DNA of 64,000 nucleotides from an uncultured Gammaproteobacteria bacterium (GTDB lineage Bacteria; Patescibacteriota; Patescibacteriia; UBA10025; JAHIVO01): NCBI GenBank assembly GCA_964628855.1, contig CAZVMV010000002.1, positions 11,442 to 75,441 of the forward strand, read 5' to 3'. Shown piece by piece: positions 25,667 to 33,483 of this stretch (position 1 is its first letter; each line of letters starts with the position of its first letter). The notes under the pieces were generated by a model. It saw only the letters and a program-made list of their open reading frames with translations, ran no database searches and was not told where the DNA came from. The position numbers and the translations under genes were made by a program.

Positions 25667-26923
25667 ATGAAAAGTCTGGAAACAAAAAAAACGGGATGGC
25701 TGGGCATAACACCGATCCTGGTGGGATGCGCGTGCATTGTAACATTGACTATTATAATGGCATTTAATTTGCCCCCAAAATTTGCCACCGGTTTGCCCAG
25801 CGGCGGCGTGAGTTTGCTGCGGGATGACTTTGAGTTGTCCGTATATCATGAGCGTGTCAGTTTTGTTTACCGGCATGTTGCGCCATACGCTGAGAGCAGG
25901 ATTGAATATCCGCTCCTAGGCAGTCTATATTTGGCCATACCGGCCCTTTTCGCTACCAGCCAGTCTGGATATTCGCTTGGTCTGATGATTCTTAATGGTG
26001 TTGCCGTGATGTTATTGATATTCATCACCTACCGTTTGCTGGTCTGGCTTGGCAGGTCCCCGTCAATATTATGGTTGTTTTTGCTGCCTGGGGTGGTTTA
26101 TTTTACCCTTAACCGATTTGACGTGCTACCCGCTTTGCTTGTGCAGTCAGCCTTGCTTGCACTTTTCATGAAAAAATGGAATTGGTCATTTTTATTGATC
26201 GGCCTAAGCGTTCTGGCAAAGGGGTATGCAATATTGCTGTTCCCGATATTTTTTTCTTATTGGCTGATCCAGAATGATAAACAAAGGGAGTCGCTCTGGA
26301 ATAACCGTGCATTGTGGACGACTGTCGGTACAGTCGCCATTGGCTTGATAGTGAGTATTGCCATGGCCGGCTTGCAAGAGGGTCTTTTCCCATACTATTT
26401 CCAGTCAACCAGAAATTTCGCATTTGGTACGATGTTTACCATTTTTATCGTCGGCATATGGAATCTGGCGGGTGTAAAATTTATTACAGTACTCATGCAA
26501 ATTGCGACAAAAATCCTAATCATAATACAATTTATCGTACCCGCGCTGATATATGGTGGGCACACTTTTTTTAAAAGGTATTTAAAGGCGCCAGAAAACG
26601 TCATAAACTGGTCTATTGTAGTCATCCTTATTTACGTCCTTTTTTCTCCGTATTACTCCCCCCAGTGGTTATTGTGGTTGGTCCCATTACTTGTTTTGTG
26701 GCAGCCGAAAAAACTGGCTGAATTATTTGTAGTGGCATACGGGCTGATCGGTTACCTGGAGTACCCGGCGGCTATAAATATTTTTGGTTTTTATTCCACG
26801 CATTTTAATATGCTGGTATTGCTGCGGACCGTTTTGCTGATCGGGATTTTGGTTGTCGTTTGTCAGCAAATTAAACATTATATTGATCGGCGCGAAAAGG
26901 TGACGGACGCATTAATAAAATAA
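25667..26923 (+). CDS. Polytopic membrane protein, DUF2029/GT87-like (tentative)
   Basis: 418 aa, entirely hydrophobic helices. EYPLLGSLYL after TM1 resembles the YPP-type loop of GT87/DUF2029 proteins. Starts 4 nt after the upstream gene. Confidence 0.4.
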   Translation: MKSLETKKTGWLGITPILVGCACIVTLTIIMAFNLPPKFATGLPSGGVSLLRDDFELSVYHERVSFVYRHVAPYAESRIEYPLLGSLYLAIPALFATSQSGYSLGLMILNGVAVMLLIFITYRLLVWLGRSPSILWLFLLPGVVYFTLNRFDVLPALLVQSALLALFMKKWNWSFLLIGLSVLAKGYAILLFPIFFSYWLIQNDKQRESLWNNRALWTTVGTVAIGLIVSIAMAGLQEGLFPYYFQSTRNFAFGTMFTIFIVGIWNLAGVKFITVLMQIATKILIIIQFIVPALIYGGHTFFKRYLKAPENVINWSIVVILIYVLFSPYYSPQWLLWLVPLLVLWQPKKLAELFVVAYGLIGYLEYPAAINIFGFYSTHFNMLVLLRTVLLIGILVVVCQQIKHYIDRREKVTDALIK

Positions 26924-26927
26924 GGAC

Positions 26928-28547
26928 ATGCAGGAACTTTTTAGGTCAATTTCAAAAAAAGAATGGCGCATGATAATAATTTTGGCCGCTGTGCTTGTGG
27001 TGATTACTGCTGCCCCGTACCTATATGGGTATCTGAGTGCTCCTAAGGGGAAAGTTTTTACCGGCGTACATTATTTGACGCCAGGGGACACTAATGTCAT
27101 GTTGTCGAGCATCGAGCAGGTGAGGCAGGGCCATGAAGTCTTTATAAACCCGTACACCTCTGAGCCCCAGCATCGTATATATATAAACCCGTTTTGGCTG
27201 AGCGTCGGATGGCTGGGTAAATTGTTTAATTTGCCGAACTTATTGACGTACCATGTCGCAAGGTCATTGATGATCTTCGTATTCGCTTTTGTCATGTATT
27301 TATTTCTGGCATATTTATTTACGGATGCGAAGCGCCGGCTATGGATGATGCTTATTATTTGCACCGCATCAGGGGTTGGATTATTTTTTAATCCCTTCCT
27401 TTTTGACGTCAATAATATTTATGAACACCCGACTGATACTTGGGTCCCTGAGAGCGTCACCTTTCTGACGCTTTACCATTCCCCACATTTGATCGCCTCG
27501 GTTACGCTAATAATTTTGATTTTTTTATTGATGCTTTTCGCATTTGATAGCAACAAGCTACGCTATTCGCTTGGCGCCGGACTGGCGTGTTTTTTCCTAC
27601 TGTGGTTCCATCCGTTCAATGGGCCGACTATTTTCGGGGTGTTGTTTATGTATATGCTGATAATTTTTTTGCGGGACAGGAAAATATACTGGTCATATAT
27701 CAAGCATTATTTTATTTTAAGCATTTTTCCGGTCCCGGTCGTGGCCTATATGTATTATTTGAGCCAGGCAGACTGGGTGATCAGAAAATGGAATGAGCAG
27801 AATATTCTGCCGTCCCCATCTATTTGGATGTACTTGATCGGATATGGGATATTGGTACCGTTGGCTATGTATGGCCTGTGGATAACTTTAAAAAGTGCAA
27901 AAAATAAAGGTATTTTTGTCATTTCCTGGTTGGTAACCTCATCTTTGCTGCTGTATTTTCCGATCTATTTTCAGCGGAGATTATCAGAGGGCCTGCATAT
28001 ACCAATGGCAATTCTGGCTACCGCCGGAATATTAATGTTGGCAGAACGGTTTCGGAATCCATCATCTGCTTGGCAGGTGAAATTAAGCGTACTGGTAATT
28101 TCTTTGGGAATTTTTTTGCCACTCTCAAATTTCCAGATTATGGGCCAAGACATATATAATTACCAGACTGACAAGGAATATCCGTATTACTTGAACAAGA
28201 CTGAGGTGGAAGGAATGTCCTGGCTGAAGGAGAATGCCACGCTTTCGGATGTTATTTTTTCAGCCTATGAGATTGGCAATTTCATACCCGCATACTCCGG
28301 CAGAATAGTTTGGATCGGGCATGGCCCGCAAACAATTAATTTGGAAGAAAAATTTATCAAATCCCAATGGTTCTGGTCCACAAATGACGACAGCGAGGCG
28401 AGACGTCAATTTTTGCATGAACAAAAGGTAACATATGTCTGGTACGGTGAGCACGAAAAAAAACTGGGATCCTATGATCCCGATTCCAAAGGTTATTTGC
28501 GCCTAGTTTATGCCAATGCTGACGTTAAGATTTTCCGAGTGGACTAA
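26928..28547 (+). CDS. Large polytopic membrane protein, GT-C-like with C-terminal soluble domain
   Basis: 539 aa with ~12 TM segments followed by a ~130-aa soluble C-terminus (LSDVIFSAYEIGNFIPAYSGRIVWIGHG...). Starts 5 nt after the upstream gene. Confidence 0.45.
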   Translation: MQELFRSISKKEWRMIIILAAVLVVITAAPYLYGYLSAPKGKVFTGVHYLTPGDTNVMLSSIEQVRQGHEVFINPYTSEPQHRIYINPFWLSVGWLGKLFNLPNLLTYHVARSLMIFVFAFVMYLFLAYLFTDAKRRLWMMLIICTASGVGLFFNPFLFDVNNIYEHPTDTWVPESVTFLTLYHSPHLIASVTLIILIFLLMLFAFDSNKLRYSLGAGLACFFLLWFHPFNGPTIFGVLFMYMLIIFLRDRKIYWSYIKHYFILSIFPVPVVAYMYYLSQADWVIRKWNEQNILPSPSIWMYLIGYGILVPLAMYGLWITLKSAKNKGIFVISWLVTSSLLLYFPIYFQRRLSEGLHIPMAILATAGILMLAERFRNPSSAWQVKLSVLVISLGIFLPLSNFQIMGQDIYNYQTDKEYPYYLNKTEVEGMSWLKENATLSDVIFSAYEIGNFIPAYSGRIVWIGHGPQTINLEEKFIKSQWFWSTNDDSEARRQFLHEQKVTYVWYGEHEKKLGSYDPDSKGYLRLVYANADVKIFRVD

Positions 28548-30512
28548 TTAAAGCGCGATAGTCGGACCGATAATTTCTTTTTTTGTAAAAATTTTTTTTG
28601 CTGACCGCCAACCATCTAAGTCAAGGTACCCGTCCACGTCCACCACCGAAATCGTAAATGGGTTGCTGTCCCGGCTTATGGAAAGCTGGAAGTTTGTTGA
28701 AATAATTTTATCCGATGGCCAGTTGAACATCGGGGCGAGGCCGTATCCAAAAGGCATGATTTCATCTGTAAGGATTTTTCCGGATCGGTCACGTTCGACG
28801 AAGTTGATGTCGTAATCTTTTTCTGTTGGTTTGGATAATTTCCAATATAGCGTGAGGTCAATCGTATCCTCATCAGCCTTGGCTCCCGAGCTGGCAGTTT
28901 TTTTCCAGCCGATTAAGGTAATATCCTGGTCTATTTTTTGGTCTGCCATCAGAACATTGGATGGCAAGTCATCCAGGTATTCAAAAAGTTTTTTATGGGA
29001 GTCTCCTTGCTTGGAAAATGTAACGATAGAATGGTTAACAGATTCCAGGCTCAACCCGAAGGAGGATATGTAATCATTTATCCTTCCCGCGCCAAGGCGG
29101 TAATCAGCCTTATCGCTGTTTTGCAGCTGGAAGGTGATAAAATCAGAAGCGTCCATGACTATCCGTTCCACGCCAGGCGGGAGCCTATAAACCTGATTTG
29201 AATACTGTTTTTTGGCCATGAAGGCGTAATTAAGGGAATACAAATGTTCGCGGTTGGATAATGGCGTTAAAAAATTATATCCGGCAACAACATGTTCGGA
29301 TGAAGGAGTGCTGGCCACGACCTCCTTTTCCTGGTTAATTTTTATGGTATCGGCATAGGGCGTAAAAATCGAGTGAACGAGAGTGGCGATTGGGCTAATG
29401 ATGACAAATGCGTATAGCAGGGCGCAACCAGTAATAACGCCGTACAGCCACCGATAGCGGAAAATAAAGGATTTTTTTCGATCAGCGTCTGGTGTATTTT
29501 GGTAGAGGTGAGCCAAGCCGTAAATTGCGGCAACAAATAAAAACGGCAGGACTAAGGCGGGGTAATGCGTTTCAAGAATAACGGATGGACTAAAGCCAGA
29601 TAAAAATAGTTGAATCATTATTATAGTGGTCAGGAGGAGTGTTTTTGGTTTTATTAAGGGCAAGCCTGCGAGCGGAAGCAACAAACCAAAAGCCAAAAGT
29701 AAATTTTTAGGATTAATAATATGGAGGATTATCAGCCAGGGTTTGGTCATGATAGTTTTAGCTGCAGCGCTGAACGTATCACCGAGCCATGGGTACATCG
29801 CTAAAAATTTGTATGAACCGTATTGATTGAAAAAACCCGTAAGCTGCATTGAGCCGATGAACCAAATGCCACCGGCGATGATCGGCGACAATACCCATTT
29901 CAACGGGCGGCGTTCGGCCAGCGCCAAAATTCCAAACATGATTATCACCAGTGAAACGTCCTCGCGCACCGTGAGCGATATTAATGAAAAAATTACGAAG
30001 GGTAGGAATTTTCTTTCTAAAAAATAATAGTATGTAAAAAGCAGCAGCGGCATGGCGAACGGAAGCATGTGAAATTCAAAAAATGCCATGTTCCAGAGGA
30101 ACGGGTTTATTAGCCAGGCAGCAGATACCAACAGAGAAAGTTGGGGGGAAAGAAATTTTTTCGCGATGAGGTACAGAGGCCAGGCGGCGATGACGACTGC
30201 CAGTATTTGCAAAATCAATAAAGTAATCGGTGATTGGAACATTGCGTAAACCGGCGCCAATAAAATGATGAAAAGTTCGAAGTGGTCACCCAAGTAAGAG
30301 TGGGGATGGATGCTGAATTCAAAAAACCGGCCGTGAACAGTATTATAAAAAACCTGGTTATAAATTCCCAGGTCCATGGCGTTGTAACCAAGTCTGTTGT
30401 ACTTAGATAATATGCCTAATAACATAGCGGCGGCTACGAGTACGATCATGCCCCACAACAGAATATGTTGGTTTTTCGATATCCAGGCCATCATTTTTTC
30501 ATTTCTTGGCAT
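28548..30512 (-). CDS. DUF2079-family polytopic membrane protein with large C-terminal extracytoplasmic domain
   Basis: YNAMDLGIYNQVFYNTVHGRFFEFSIHPHSYLGDHFELFIILLAPVY is the DUF2079 signature as I remember it. I prefer ATG 30512 (MPRNEKMMAW...), because the track start 30560 lies inside a terminator hairpin. Confidence 0.6.
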   Translation of the reverse strand: MPRNEKMMAWISKNQHILLWGMIVLVAAAMLLGILSKYNRLGYNAMDLGIYNQVFYNTVHGRFFEFSIHPHSYLGDHFELFIILLAPVYAMFQSPITLLILQILAVVIAAWPLYLIAKKFLSPQLSLLVSAAWLINPFLWNMAFFEFHMLPFAMPLLLFTYYYFLERKFLPFVIFSLISLTVREDVSLVIIMFGILALAERRPLKWVLSPIIAGGIWFIGSMQLTGFFNQYGSYKFLAMYPWLGDTFSAAAKTIMTKPWLIILHIINPKNLLLAFGLLLPLAGLPLIKPKTLLLTTIIMIQLFLSGFSPSVILETHYPALVLPFLFVAAIYGLAHLYQNTPDADRKKSFIFRYRWLYGVITGCALLYAFVIISPIATLVHSIFTPYADTIKINQEKEVVASTPSSEHVVAGYNFLTPLSNREHLYSLNYAFMAKKQYSNQVYRLPPGVERIVMDASDFITFQLQNSDKADYRLGAGRINDYISSFGLSLESVNHSIVTFSKQGDSHKKLFEYLDDLPSNVLMADQKIDQDITLIGWKKTASSGAKADEDTIDLTLYWKLSKPTEKDYDINFVERDRSGKILTDEIMPFGYGLAPMFNWPSDKIISTNFQLSISRDSNPFTISVVDVDGYLDLDGWRSAKKIFTKKEIIGPTIAL

Positions 30513-30518
30513 GGATAT

Positions 30519-30524
30519 ATTGTA
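30519..30524 (-). promoter_or_regulatory. -10-like hexamer TACAAT 6 nt upstream of the ATG at 30512
   Basis: The minus strand reads TTGTTT-17 nt-TACAAT-atatcc-ATG with no SD. The geometry matches that at 24074-24091. Confidence 0.3.
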
Positions 30525-30540
30525 TCTGAGCGATGTGATA

Positions 30541-30575
30541 AAAACAAACCCCCGCACCATGGTGTGGTGCGGGGG
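30541..30575 (-). terminator. Strong intrinsic terminator after the pilin-like gene cluster
   Basis: 11-bp GC-rich stem (30549-30559 pairs with 30565-75), 5-nt loop. The minus strand then reads UUUGUUUU. It lies 30 nt downstream of the 30606 stop. Confidence 0.7.
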
Positions 30576-30605
30576 GAATATTTATTAACTACGTTAATAA
30601 CGGGT

Positions 30606-30962
30606 TTAGGTCGTGACCTTGTTGGTCTGCGTGACGACGAAGATGACGATGGCCCAAGCCAGCAAAATGACGATTAAACCGATGACAGCTGCAGAGATGA
30701 TTTTCTTGGCACCCGCGACTTTCTCTTCGTTGCCGCCGGCGGTCATCCACTGGAAACCACCGATCAGGATCATGACGACTGCGACTAAGCCCAGGAATCC
30801 GAGAGCCCACTGTACGATCTTAATGACCGTTGATTCGAGGTCAGCCGTACCCAACGTCAAGGTTGAGCCCAGGTTCGGGTCGACAGTTACTGCAGATGCG
30901 ACAAAAGGCATGGCGACTGCCGCGATAGTTAATAAACCGGCAAATAAAGTTTTCTTGTTCAT
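30606..30962 (-). CDS. Small TrbC/VirB2-like (T4SS-pilin-like) membrane protein, paralog 1
   Basis: 118 aa. Signal peptide (..FVASA|V), then two TM helices around ILIGGFQWMTAGGNEEKVAGAKKII. Strong SD (aagggggtga) and its own consensus promoter. Confidence 0.6.
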   Translation of the reverse strand: MNKKTLFAGLLTIAAVAMPFVASAVTVDPNLGSTLTLGTADLESTVIKIVQWALGFLGLVAVVMILIGGFQWMTAGGNEEKVAGAKKIISAAVIGLIVILLAWAIVIFVVTQTNKVTT

Positions 30963-31036
30963 TCAATTCTCACCCCCTTTCAATCTAAAGATACGTGATT
31001 GTATCTAATATTAGTGCTCAGACTGAAACTGACCGT

Positions 31037-31065
31037 ATTATACCCCAATTTACTCCAATTGTCAA
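31037..31065 (-). promoter_or_regulatory. Consensus sigma70-type promoter for the 118-aa pilin-like gene
   Basis: The minus strand reads TTGACA (31065-31060), a 17-nt spacer, then TATAAT (31042-31037). Both hexamers are perfect. Confidence 0.6.
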
Positions 31066-31072
31066 ACAGTAT

Positions 31073-31483
31073 TTATAATTTTTTCTGGACTTCCTCGAAT
31101 ATGAATTTCAGCACAGAATAACTTAATGTAATCACGAGGATGCCAAGAATGGCCCAGATCAAGGTGTCTTTCGCCTTCTTTACCATGTTCGGATTCCCGG
31201 CCGAGATCAGGAATTCGAAACCTCCCAGGATAACCATAAACAGGGCAAAGATATCCACTGCCGCCAGTATTATTTGTAACACCCGCAAGACTACCTTGAC
31301 CAGATTGATGTCGTTTGATCCCAGGGGGTTTGGCAATGATGGCGTGCCGGTCGAAGTGCCGGTGTTCGTGGCATTGGTCCCAACATCTCCAGCCTGAGCC
31401 TGGAGCGGGAGCAACAGTACTGACGCCGACCACAATATGGTCATGGTAATGACAGCGATGAGGAGCAGGATATTTTTTTTCAT
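31073..31483 (-). CDS. Small TrbC/VirB2-like (T4SS-pilin-like) membrane protein, paralog 2
   Basis: 136 aa. Signal peptide, a T/G/N-rich linker, then VILGGFEFLISAGNPNMVKKAKDTLIWAILGILVI, the same two-helix motif as paralogs 1 and 3. Confidence 0.55.
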   Translation of the reverse strand: MKKNILLLIAVITMTILWSASVLLLPLQAQAGDVGTNATNTGTSTGTPSLPNPLGSNDINLVKVVLRVLQIILAAVDIFALFMVILGGFEFLISAGNPNMVKKAKDTLIWAILGILVITLSYSVLKFIFEEVQKKL

Positions 31484-31530
31484 ATATGCTTCAAATAATA
31501 ATCATTTGTTGGTGACAGTCCGGACCCGGT

Positions 31531-33474
31531 TTATATGTTATTGCGCTGGATGGAGTCGCAAGGCATGGAATTCGTGCAGGAAACATCGTTGGCACTGAAT
31601 GTGCCGCCGATCACCGTGCAGAAACGAGCGGTAGCTGACAGATAGCAGATTTTCTGGCCTCCTGCCACCGCCGTACAGCAGCCCAACGTACAGATGCGCT
31701 GACCGCCGACTTCGACCGTGCTACATTGGGTCTGGGCGCGGTATTGTCCGACTATATTATCGCATTTTGATCGGGTATAGCTATTGAAACAGTTGTACTT
31801 GCCGGTGAGTTCATTACAGCATCCACTGCAGTCCGCCACGTTCGAACAGGAGCCGGCAGTTGGGGTGCCGCCCTGCGATGTGCATTGCCCTTGAGGGTAG
31901 TTATCATGACAACTCAGATCCCCGTTTGGGTTATTACAACATCCAGTAGTGCATTGGGGCGGAAGCGGTGCGCCGTCTGGAATAAAGCCATCTGGCATGT
32001 TACAGGTAATATCGGCTACCGGTGAAGCACAGGCTCCCGTAGCTGAGTCCCAACATGTGCCAGTGGCGCATAGTCCGCCAGCCATGGTAGGACAGGTGCC
32101 GCCAGGTCCGCCGAGAATGACTTGGTTATTTGGAGGGGAGCAGGAGCCTCGGGATACGCTACTGCTACAAGTGAGGGCATTTTGGTACAAACAACAGACC
32201 GGGGCGCAACTGACATTTGCAGCGCAGGTGTTGACCGCATCATATATCATGTCCGGGCCTGCACATGCACCATCGATGTTACCTGCCTGACAGGTGTTCT
32301 GGCAGCAGCCGTTGGTGCATTGGCCGATCATGGAACACGAGGTAAGTGCACTATGGTTATTACTTCCCAATACAGTAGTGCAGTATCCTTGGGTGGTGTT
32401 GTTGTAACAGTTGGTATTGCCGGGCTGGACGCAGCATCCGGTACGGCATAAAGTATTTTGGAGCGCAGAACAGGACTCCGTATTGTATAGGTTGGCGCTG
32501 CAGTCAGTTTTACCATCAGTACAGCCATTTTTACCGATACAACAACCACCCTTACACTGCTCGACGTCAGAACAGTCGACACCCTGACTAAAGGTTGATC
32601 CCTGGGGACATTCGGCAATAGTAGTAGTAGTGCAGGAGCTTTCATTACTGCAACAACCTGTTACCGTTTCGTCGGCTGAGCCGGTGCCCTGGATTTTGGC
32701 AGGATCACAGTCCTGACCAAGGTAGGTGCAGGCAGTTTTTTTATGCACTGTAGTGGGGTAATCGATGCATCCTTTTTTCGGATCCGGCCAGTAGCATATT
32801 TTATCAGGATTTTCCCCCTCGGGAACGTAGGGGACACAACAACCTTTGGTGAAATTTTCACAGACCGCCTTGTATTCCGAGCAAAAATTGTTTTCTCCCA
32901 TAAATTGAACGCCGTCAAACAGGGCGCTCATGCCGGAGCATTCCGCCTGCGTCGTTTCCGTGCAGCCGGTATTAGGGACTACGCAGCAGCCCGAATTCGC
33001 CGGATGTCCTGTGGCAGTGCCCCCGCCCCACCATTCTTTTGAAAATGGCGTTCCCGGAAAGACATTCACCGAACCAGTGAGCGCAAAAACGACAAAGCTG
33101 GCATAGGACCAGGCCAGGAAGAGGACGATAATCACGCCCACGAGGACTGAGACGGCCATTTTTTTGCCCTGTTGGATTTTTTCCGGATTGCCACCGGCCG
33201 TGATCAGGTTGAAGCCGGCCCACATCATCATCAGCATGGCCAGGAAGGGCAGTATTTTTAAGGCGACTTGCGCCAAATTGACGAACAATTGAACAAAAGA
33301 ATTTAAATCGCATGGCTTATCGCCCGGCAATTGTGCGCCAAGGCATTCATCGGGAATTATTTGTAATCCGCTGCCAACGTCCGCGGCCAGGGATAATTGG
33401 GGAATGGCCAACCCGGCGATAATACCTAGGCACAGGATGGCGATGGTGTAGATGTATTTATTCTTTATGGCCAT
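31531..33474 (-). CDS. Pilin-like anchor (paralog 3) fused to a ~480-aa cysteine-rich tandem-repeat ectodomain
   Basis: 647 aa. The N-terminus has a signal peptide plus MMMWAGFNLITAGGNPEKIQQGKKMAVSVLVGVIIV. From ~aa 163 there are ten CC doublets, each followed by four spaced Cys. I count about 65 Cys in total. Confidence 0.6.
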   Translation of the reverse strand: MAIKNKYIYTIAILCLGIIAGLAIPQLSLAADVGSGLQIIPDECLGAQLPGDKPCDLNSFVQLFVNLAQVALKILPFLAMLMMMWAGFNLITAGGNPEKIQQGKKMAVSVLVGVIIVLFLAWSYASFVVFALTGSVNVFPGTPFSKEWWGGGTATGHPANSGCCVVPNTGCTETTQAECSGMSALFDGVQFMGENNFCSEYKAVCENFTKGCCVPYVPEGENPDKICYWPDPKKGCIDYPTTVHKKTACTYLGQDCDPAKIQGTGSADETVTGCCSNESSCTTTTIAECPQGSTFSQGVDCSDVEQCKGGCCIGKNGCTDGKTDCSANLYNTESCSALQNTLCRTGCCVQPGNTNCYNNTTQGYCTTVLGSNNHSALTSCSMIGQCTNGCCQNTCQAGNIDGACAGPDMIYDAVNTCAANVSCAPVCCLYQNALTCSSSVSRGSCSPPNNQVILGGPGGTCPTMAGGLCATGTCWDSATGACASPVADITCNMPDGFIPDGAPLPPQCTTGCCNNPNGDLSCHDNYPQGQCTSQGGTPTAGSCSNVADCSGCCNELTGKYNCFNSYTRSKCDNIVGQYRAQTQCSTVEVGGQRICTLGCCTAVAGGQKICYLSATARFCTVIGGTFSANDVSCTNSMPCDSIQRNNI

Positions 33475-33483
33475 GAGGGTAGT

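Noticed and set aside
31531-32990. DNA-level tandem repeat or CRISPR-like array within the Cys-rich gene
   Set aside because: The periodicity is at the protein level (conserved Cys spacing). The nucleotide sequence of the modules is diverged, unit lengths are unequal, and there are no identical direct repeats or spacers.
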